Notes under the pieces: model-generated
The model's input: only the letters and a program-made list of their open reading frames with translations
The model's database searches: none
Told to the model about the DNA's origin: nothing
From: Eledone cirrhosa
Lineage: Eukaryota
DNA length: 64,000 nt
NCBI GenBank assembly: GCA_964016885.1
Contig: OZ024740.1
Location: forward strand, 254,882,001-254,946,000
Direction: 5' to 3'
Shown here: one piece after another, positions 55,007-64,000 of the stretch
Layout: the number at the start of each line of letters is the position of its first letter
Numbering within the stretch: position 1 is the first letter of the stretch
Made by a program: the position numbers and the translations under genes

Positions 55007-56052
55007 TGAGCAACTTCAACCACTGAACCTACAGTATTACAAACAAACTGGTTGAGCCAGCTTCAACAACTGAATCTATAGTATTGTAAACAAGTTGGTC
55101 ATACATTGGTTTAGCCAGCTTCAGTGACTGAACTTATAGTATTACAAACAAGCTGGCCACACATTGGTTGAGCAAGCTTCAACCACTGAACATACAGTAT
55201 TAAAAACAATCTTTTCACACATTGGTTGAGCCAGGCTGAACCATTGAATTTACAGTAATGTAAACAAGCTAGTCACACATTGGTTGAGCCAGCTTCAACT
55301 ATTCAGCCTACAGTATTGTAAACAGGCTGGTCACATATTGGTCGAGCCAGCTTCAACAATTGAACTACAGTATTACAAACCACTGAATCTATAGTATTGT
55401 AAACAAGTTGGTCATACATTGGTTTAGCCAGCTTCAGTGACTGAACTTATAATATTACAAACAAGCTGGCCACACATTGGTTGAGCAAGCTTCAACAACT
55501 TAACCTATAGTATTAAAAACAATCTATTCACACATTGGTTGAGCCTGGTTCAACCACTGAATCTACAGTATTGTAAACAAGCTGGTCACACATTGGTTGA
55601 GCCAGCTTCAACTATTCAACCTACAGTATTATAAACAAACTGGTCACATATTGTTTGAGTCAGCTTGAATCATTGAACCTACAGTATTGTAAACAAGTTG
55701 GTCGCACATTGCTTAAGCCACCCCTCAACCACTGAACAAACAGTATTACAAACCAGCTAGTCACACATTGGTAGGGCCAATATCAGTCATGGAAACTACA
55801 GTATTACAAACAAACTTGTCACACATTGGTGGTATGGTATTACAAACAAGCTGGCCACACATTGTTTGAGTCAGCTTCAATTATTGGACCTATAGTATTG
55901 TAAACACATTGGTTGAGCCAGCTTCTCCCTCTGAACCTACAGTATTGTAAACAAGCTGGCCACACATTGTTTGAGCCAGCTTCAACCACTGAACCTACAG
56001 TATTGTAAACAAGCTGGCCACACATTGGTTGAGTCGACTTCAACCACTGAAA
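55007..56052. repeat. 58-bp minisatellite, about 18 units
   Basis: Consensus GAGCCAGCTTCAACCACTGAACCTACAGTATTGTAAACAAGCTGGTCACACATTGGTT. Confidence 0.92.
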
Positions 56053-56728
56053 CTATTTTTGTGTGTGTTTATTATATTATATTTGTGTGTGTTTATTATA
56101 TTAACTTGGAATAACTCCTTATATTTAGTATTTGTTAATCTGGAAAATGTCTTTAACAGAGTCCTATGTTATATGATATGATCGCCACTAAAAAAGTAGA
56201 TTAATGGCTTGTATGGGTTGTACAAGGCATGTGTGTAGGTGCAGTCAACAAATCTTTGACTCCCAAATAAATGTAATATTGAATATAGCAGAAGCAGGTG
56301 TGAGTCCATTGAGACTGTTGCTATTATAGTGCTATGCCCTGAGCTATAACAGAAGCAGTTGTTTGTCCAAGGGAGCTCCTGTATGCAGATGACATAGTTC
56401 TCATAGCTGAATCCCTCTCTTTTTCACGCACATACACATATGTACTATATATGCTCACACACATGTGCTGCATACATGTACACACTCTCACACACAGACA
56501 TGTACGCTCACGCATATGGGCACCTGTACTACACACAGGCACACACCCATACACACTCACACATACATATACACACATACACACACACTCACACAGACGT
56601 ATTGCACACATGTACACACACAGACATGCTGCACACATGTACACACACACACCTACACATATATACACATACCTACTTTTATATGTGTTGTTACTGAATC
56701 TAACAAAATTTATGAATTCAATTTTCAG

Positions 56729-56766
56729 TGGTCAGTGGTTTGTGTCGAGAAGACTGTCACGTGGCG
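56729..56766 (+). CDS. ITFG1: ITFG1 38-bp coding exon
   Basis: ttttcag|...|gtgagt; phase 1 start, (V)VSGLCREDCHVA, cf. VLSGLCSNDC; phases fit both neighbours. Confidence 0.88.
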
Positions 56767-57049
56767 GTGAGTTTAGCTCAAAGATTTTTTTTTTTTACTG
56801 GTTTCAATGCCATGCTGGGGCACTGCCTTCTTTTACTGGTTTCAATCATTAGATTGTGGTCAAGCTGGGGCATTGCCTTGATTTACTGATTTCAGTCATT
56901 AGACTGTGGTTATACTGGGGCTCTACCTTATTTTATTGGTTTCACATTCAATTGTAGAAGCTATTTCTATATTAAACAATGATGCTTACTCTCTACTAAT
57001 GTATTGAGTATCTTTTTTAACTGTGGTTATCCCCTGATTTTACTTGGGA

Positions 57050-58832
57050 TCTACATATCCTTATAGAAAGGAAGTTTGTTTGTATGTTGACTGCTAATAA
57101 CACTAAATAAAATTAATAATAATTAAGGTTTTTGGTGTGTTTTCAACTAATCTGATCTCCACCAAGCTCACTGTGTTATTATTTTCCGAAAATAGACTGA
57201 GGGAAGGGGGAAAGTTGGAGGAGAATTTACTGCTATTTCTAGCACACATACTGTCTCTTCATCCGTCATGCTATCAACATAGAGAGAGGGAAACACTACA
57301 CCTCTCACTCAAACCATCCCCTCATCTCTAACTAAATAAAACTTTTCTACCTGCATGGCCTGACATCTGACTCACTCTCTCTGTATGTATATATCTATCT
57401 ATATCCTTATAAAAAGGAAGTTTGTATGTATGTTAACCGTTAATAACACTAAATAAAATTGATAATAATTAAGGTTTTTCGTGTTTTCAACAAATCCGAC
57501 CTGCATTGTTGCTTCTCTGTGTGTGTGTGTGTGTGTGTGCGTGAGAATTCTTTTGTTTTTATTATATATATATATAGGGAATGTAACATGCAGTTAGTGT
57601 AGGTTCATCAGAGTGAGGACTTGATGCGTAGTTTCCAGTCGGTAAAGAGGTGTAGAACTAAGTAGATTTGTTATGTCTTCATCACAATAAACGTAATGAA
57701 TATATATATATATATATGTGTGTATATATATATATATTTAAAAGAATAGAGGTGTAACACACGAGTTATGATATATTGGTAAAAGGAAAAGAAAATGCTG
57801 ACAAATTGTTCCCAGTGAAAAATAGTTTAATTAGGAATAAGTAAAAATTAGTAATAGTATTGGTTATTATTGGTTATTATAAGGGCGGTGGATTGGCAGT
57901 ATCGGTAGAGGGTCGGACGCCATGCTTTCAAGCATAGTTACGTCCCTTTACGATCTGAGTTCAAATCCCGCCGAGGTTGACTTTGCCTTTCATCCTTACC
58001 GGGTCGATAAAATAAAGTACCAGTAATGCACTGGGTAATTGCTGGCCTTGTGCCTAAAGTAGAAACAAGTATTGGTTATTATTCAGTTTTGGTTTTAAGT
58101 TTTACCGGTTATGCATTTCTAATGCTTTTCAAAAATAATTTTGAGATAGAGCGCCCGTGATGTTTGCTCTAATCTGATTAGTTTTGGAAATTCTACCTGT
58201 TTTTATGTAAAAAAAAGTGGCTCCAGATGTATGAAAAAATTCTTGTGGTCAAAACAATTTTGATTGGTCGGTAGAGGTCATGTGAATGTTAAAAATTGAT
58301 TTTGCGCCAAATGTAGGTTTGTCTCGGCTGATTGAGAAGTCACTGAAAAATAAGTCTAAGTCTTTCAAGACAAATATGTGTGTGTGTGTGTGTGTGTAGT
58401 AGTAGTAAAGAGGTTTGTGATAATGGTCAGCAGGGATGTGTGTGCGAACCGCAGCCTGTTGACAGTTCAAATGCCTATTAAGACAAGTGTGTGTGTGTGT
58501 GTGTGTGTGTGTAGTAGAGTAATTCATGGTAGAGGGATGGTCAGTAGGAATGTTTTCTGTACGTGTGTGGGGATATTTTAACATGTTAAAAGATATTTTT
58601 CAGCTCTTGTCTTTTACATAAAACAGGTAGAATTTCCAAAACTAATCAGATTAGAGCAAACATCATGGGCGCTCTATCTCAAAATTATTTTTGAAAAGCA
58701 TTAGAAATGCGCAACCGGTAAAACTTAAAACCAAAACTGAATACTAACCAATACTTATTACTAATTTTTACTTATTCCTAATTAAACTATTTTTCACTGG
58801 GAAAAATTTGTTAGCATTTTCTTTTCCTTTTA

Positions 58833-58889
<57 letters not shown>

Positions 58890-60293
58890 TGTGTGTGTGT
58901 TTGGTCTTGACAAGCTAGATTTAGTTGACAGCAGCACTAACGTCACATGATAGAATTGAAAACAGAATATATATTTTTCAAATCTCTTAAATGTACCAGG
59001 AGTTATAGCAAGTAGAGAAATTCTCCCCGTTGAACATGATTTCAACTTTAACACTGAGGCTGAAATAAAGGCGGCTATTAAAGTCCCCAGGTTGGTGACT
59101 TTGAATATGCTGACAATATCGGTCTGTTGGAGAATGAATTTGAAAGCAGTCAATAACAACTTGATACAGGTCTCTACAGCTAAAGATGTATGTCTGTTAA
59201 TTAACATAGACAAATCATTCCAGTATGCTGTAACACAACCTTGAATTGGAGAAGGGCATAGTCACCATGCTTCTCAGAAATTTGGATCAGCCAAGATTGT
59301 GCAGTGCAACACGTATGGTTGTTACTAAACTACAGTCTCACATTGTCGAAGCCAAACTCCTCAATGGATGTGGTATGGGAGACATCATATTTATGCCTAG
59401 AATACCAGTAATACTAAAAGATGTCCTCTTTCATTTTAAATTATTACAATTGCTTGTGAGAGTCAGTTACCCAATGACCATTAACAAGTCCTGCAGGTCG
59501 GTGTTTCTCAGATGGTCAAATGAAGGTAGATTATTCCAGACTAGGAAAACCCCGCAAACTCTTTATATATGCCCCAAAGAAAAAAGTTAAAAACATTGTA
59601 TATTCTGAAGTTCTGTTAATGTTTTATAATTTTTGTAGAATACATTTTTATATTATTTTCTTTCTTTATCATATATCACCTTCTTTTCCGAAAATGAAAT
59701 GGGGGCAGGGTGGAACCTTGGATTTTCTCAGTTTGAATAATAGAGGTGGGAACACTTGAAGGGGGACACTTGGAGTTACAGATAGGCACCTCTCAATCAT
59801 ATAAATTTATAGAAAAGCAATCCTTTGATAATGAAGGATGTTTTGATCCTTCGTCATTTTGTACTGTTGTGGAAAGCGTTGTAAGCTTCATTAATTAAAT
59901 AATCCCCAATTTACAAATCCACCATTCCAATGAGGAGTGACTGTGAAAGAGCAATCCTTGCTCGCCAAAACATCATAGTGAATGCTATGAACAAAACCTC
60001 TCACAAATGATCCCTGGAAGTAGCCAGACCTATAAATCTATCAACGCTAAAATCATTGTATATACTGAAGTTCTGTAAATGTTTTATAATTTTAATAGAA
60101 TACATTTTCCTATTCTTTTCTTTATTACTTTCTGTATTTAGATATTCTAAATAAATTTTTAAAATTATGATACACAATATTTAAACACCTTTTAACATCT
60201 TTTATTCTAAGGAAAATGGACATTAAGACAGATGACAATAGGTGCCTTATGAATAGATTTCAGCACAGTACAGACTGGGGCGAAGGCCACTAG
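57050..60293 (+). mobile_element. Deleted Helitron with PIF1-helicase remnant
   Basis: Two TC-starting 5' ends (tcta.atatccttata.aaaggaagtttgt at 57050 and about 57397), MLLRNLDQPRLC...PRIP...MTINKS at 59246-59500, CTAG|T end at 60290-60293. Confidence 0.65.
57738..58840. mobile_element. Long inverted-repeat element nested in a Helitron, with a SINE in the left arm
   Basis: 57771-58210 (minus SINE 57881-58070) is the reverse complement of about 58612-58840; ~400-bp spacer; (TA)n flanks. Confidence 0.6.
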
Positions 60294-60386
60294 TATATAT
60301 ATATATTTATGTGTGTGTATGTGAATATCCTTTTTATGTTTCACTACAATATTTGAGTGTCATTCTGTTTGTCTATCTGTCTACAG

Positions 60387-60465
60387 CCATATGGTACCAA
60401 CCAGCCTGGGCCAGTGGTTAGATTTCAGACTACTCGCTTCTCTGGTGAATTCCAAATTGGCTTTG
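60387..60465 (+). CDS. ITFG1: ITFG1 coding exon
   Basis: ctacag|...|gtaag; PYGTNQPGPVVRFQTTRFSGEFQIGF, cf. PFGVNQPGP; ends in phase 1. Confidence 0.92.
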
Positions 60466-60696
60466 GTAAGTAAATCTAAATTGGAGAAATTACTAAAGAA
60501 TCCAGCTACTAACCTACTTATATACTCATGTAAAAGTCAAGCCCCTTTTTTCTTCCTCCAAATTTGAATTTTTCAATGTATCATGTAAAAATTGACTCTA
60601 ATTCTTTAAACATTCATAAATCAAAACATTACGTTGAGGAAATTAATTTTTCCATTCTTTTATGTTTTGATGTTCACCAGTGAAAATAAAAGAGCT

Positions 60697-61490
60697 ATGT
60701 AGGAAAGGCGTTGGTAGAAATTCCATCCTCTGCCTCATATGCAAAATGTGGGTACACAAGAGATGTAGTGGGACCTCAGGAATTTTAGCTAAGAATGTAG
60801 GCTTTATATGTGGCAGTTGCACTGGATCAGTAAGCAGCAAATGACCGCAGGAAACAATCGCTACCAAATTCTCGGAGGGCTCTGTAGAAACAGTAGACAG
60901 CTTTTGCTACACAGGTGGTGACAAAATCAGCAGCAGTGGTGGGTGTTCTGAAAGTACAGTAGCCAGAGTAAGAACGGGATGGAGGAAGTTCAGGGAGCTA
61001 ATACAACTGCTGGCTACAAAAGGCTTCTCCCTCAGAATGAAAGGCAGACTATGAAGCGTGCGTACATACAGCTATGTTGCATGGTAGTGAGACTTGGACG
61101 CTGTATGCAGAAGACTTGCATAGATTGGAAAGAAATGAAGCTTGCATGCTCCGATGGATGTGTAATAGTAATATACGAGAACGGCAAAGCATAAATGAAC
61201 TGAGAGAGAAACCAGGCATAAGAGGAATCAAGTGTGTGCAGGAGAGGAGATTGCATTGGTATGAACATGTGTTGTGTATGAAGGCTGACAGCTGCATAAA
61301 AAAGTGCAGAGCGCTCAAAGTCGTTGGAAGCCTTGGAGTGGGGAGACCCAGGAGGACTTGGGATGAGGTGATAAAAGCCAACCGTGCCCAATTTTACCTC
61401 TCAAAGGCGATGACACATGACCGAGATCTGTGGCGATACACAGTAATACAGAAGACCCGACTTCCCACGAGCACGAGCCGAAGCATATAT
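60697..61490 (+). mobile_element. RTE family C degenerate fragment
   Basis: [31 protein letters not shown]. Confidence 0.85.
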
Positions 61491-62803
61491 ATAATATTTT
61501 CAATATTTTGGTTTGTAGTGTGAAGTTCAGCTATTCAAAAGTTGTATTTATGTAATAACATAAAAAAATATTTTTAAAAATTTGAATTTTACATGAATAT
61601 CATCATTATCATCAACATCATCATCAACATCATCATTTTAACGTCTGCTTCTCTTGGTCCATACAGAAACAGAGCCACTGATCTCCCATGCAGGCCAGGG
61701 ATCTGTGTGAAGCTAATGTATTGTCTCATGTTTTACCGAATGCTCAGGAGAGTTTGTCATGCCTTTGACATAACTGGGGGTCCTCATAACCCTTTGTTCG
61801 GCAAGATTTCTATGGTTGCATGCCCTTCCTATCACCAACCTTTTTACAATGTGTACTGCATGTGTCTATTATGTAAATCACCAACACTAGGGAGATTGAC
61901 ATGACTGAAGGGTTCTCTTGCCCCTTTTATATTTTTTAACTCTTCCAACAGTGTTCTATTCCTGTGTTTGTATACATAGGTCTATGTGGTATATATATTG
62001 TGAATTCAATCCACTGTGAGGCATTTTGTTTTAAAGTTCACTATTTATTCTATATAGCATCAGCTCATTGTGCTGTGTGGCAATAGGTCCCATGATGTTG
62101 GACTTGCAATCATAATGTTGTTGCTCAAGTATACTCAGCTGGGGCTTCCACCCTGTGTTGCACTGGCGTCCTGTCGAGTGGGGAGTCTTATACTCTCAGT
62201 CGCTTCACGCCACGAAACAGGGATAAGCACCAGCCTGATAAGCCTCCTGACTTAAGACAAACTTTAGACTTTTTAGAATGTTGAACAATGTTTACTTGTT
62301 ATTAACTATTGACCTATTTCATCATCATGTGAACATGCATGACTTTGTGGTTAAGGTGTTCAACTCATGATTGTAGTGTTGCTGCTATGATAAACTGCAT
62401 CCAGTGTCCCTTGTAAAATGGTAGTGTTGGTGTCTAGATAAAATGCATTCAGTCCACACAGTGAAGTGGTTGGCATTAGGAGAGGCATCCTGCCCAAATG
62501 AAACATCATCATCTGACCTGTCTAATCTTATAAAATAGCAACCCATCCAACCCATGCCAGTATGGAAAATGGATAGTGATGATGATGTTGGTGGTTTCTG
62601 ATGTTTGGTTAAGACATCTCTGAGTGTATTTTATTATGGTACCAACACTAAAGAGGTTGTCATGTCATCAACAAGACCAAACTTCCTTCTCTACCTTATG
62701 TTGTCTTCATTCAAACATCAACTACTTATATATAATCAGGAGTGTGTGTATCTGTCGATGTGTGTGTATTTCTTTCTCTGTAAATGTTTTTTGTATATTC
62801 CAG

Positions 62804-62925
62804 CGACCCAGTTAAGTCAGTCGGCTCATTACTCTCTACAACTCCCATACACTGTCTTTGGACTTGGTCAGTCACCAAACTACATTGATAATCTCAAAGT
62901 TGGTATTGCGTGCTACCCTAAAGAC
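62804..62925 (+). CDS. ITFG1: ITFG1 coding exon
   Basis: ttccag|...|gttagt; (A)TQLSQSAHYSLQLPYTVFGLGQSPNYIDNLKVGIACYPKD, cf. QLSQSAHLALQLPYNVLGLGRSANF. Confidence 0.94.
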
Positions 62926-63221
62926 GTTAGTATAATTTTTCTACTGTTACTATTGTTGTTTCTGTTAGTGTTTGATGCCTTGTGGCATTCATCCTGGCTC
63001 TCTTTTATGCTGAGGTCCAAATCCTATAATGGTCATATTTGCCTTTTGAGGTTGATTCCCCACCTCTCTCTCTCTCTCTGCCTGTCTCTCTATGTCTGCC
63101 TGTCTCTCTCCACGTTCCAGGTTCTATGATACAAAACTTTATTTTAAAATATGCTAATAGAAGTATTAAACTGTCCCCCATCAGTGATTGAAGGTCCTCT
63201 TGGCTGTTGTTTCTATTCCAG

Positions 63222-63304
63222 AAATGTGAAACCCGTGAGTGGACATCAGTGATTCCAAACTCTCGTCTCATTATCATCCCACATCCAATGGACGACCCTC
63301 AACA
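63222..63304 (+). CDS. ITFG1: ITFG1 coding exon (TM/C-terminal exons lie beyond the window)
   Basis: ttccag|...|gtgagt; KCETREWTSVIPNSRLIIIPHPMDDPQ, cf. EWTAIIPNSQLIVIPYP. Confidence 0.93.
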
Positions 63305-63335
63305 GTGAGTAACAATCTTTATATAATTTCTACTG

Positions 63336-63600
63336 GATCCATAGTTACTGTACTGGAAACCACTACCATCATCACTATCACTACTTCCTCCACCACCATC
63401 ACCATCTCCACCACAACCATCACTACCACACTGTCTCTATAGTTACTGTACTGAACGCCATCACTACTACCACCACACTGTTTCCATAGTTACTGTACTG
63501 GACAGCGCCACCACTACTACTACTACCACTACCACCATCAGCACCACAGTGTCCAGATAGTTACTGTACTGGACACCAACACAACCATGTACTGGAAAGT
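63336..63600. repeat. Tandem atagttactgtactg(g)a units separated by (CAC/CTA)n
   Basis: Four clear units and one partial unit, directly after the last ITFG1 exon. Confidence 0.75.
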
Positions 63601-64000
63601 CTGTAATAATGGTATAACAGAGTTATGTCCCTTACATCAAGCTTTTCACATTTAATGATCTGTGTAATTAATAAAGTAGGCGACGAATTGGCAGAGTCGT
63701 TAGAACGTTGTATATAATGCTTTGTGGTATTCGTTTTAACTCTCAGCTCTCTGAATTAAATCTCGTCTAGATCGATAAAACTAATACCAGTCTAATACTG
63801 GAGTCGATTCTTCCTATATATATATCTTTCTCACTTCCATTCTTTCATTCTCTATCCTTCTCTGAATGAAATCTGCTGTATTCAGACCTGAAGAGGAGAT
63901 GGGCTCTTCTAGGCTTTAAAAATGCCCTTGAAATGCTGTATGTCAATACGGCGTCCCTATGTTTCCCTCGTGAGTTATGGGACCATGCCATGCATGCAAT

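Noticed and set aside
55007-56052. CRISPR-like array
   Set aside because: Units are contiguous and mutually homologous with no unique spacers; eukaryotic context and no cas genes
59246-59590. Host PIF1 helicase gene
   Set aside because: Degenerate, without splice sites, and bounded by Helitron-type termini
63336-63600. Repeat-spacer pattern
   Set aside because: The spacers are low-complexity (CAC/CTA)n variants of each other

Overview
AT-rich eukaryotic genomic DNA. The repeat families suggest a coleoid cephalopod such as an octopus, which is an inference. The only host gene I can support is ITFG1 (T-cell immunomodulatory protein / LINKIN): seven phase-compatible GT-AG coding exons on the + strand from 43077 to 63304, running out of the window at both ends. 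I found no exon in 1-43076, so that stretch is probably one very large intron. The rest is nested transposable elements: many RTE-clade LINE fragments with a PHD-like finger and (CAT)n tails (one near full length), bipartite non-autonomous RTE/BovB-like elements, a young R4/Dong-type LINE, Tx1/L1-like LINEs, a CR1/L2 3' end, three Helitrons, mariner and maT (DD37D) transposons, tRNA-derived SINEs, a Penelope-like GIY-YIG remnant, kilobase-scale (TA/TATG)n arrays and a 58-bp minisatellite. The most striking signal is a set of mutually divergent fold-back (palindromic) elements between (TA)n tracts. Their arms encode minimal type-I hammerhead ribozymes pointing outwards, and in the three clearest cases the short arm ends 46-50 nt after the predicted cleavage site. 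Almost all long ORFs in the supplied track are microsatellite artefacts.
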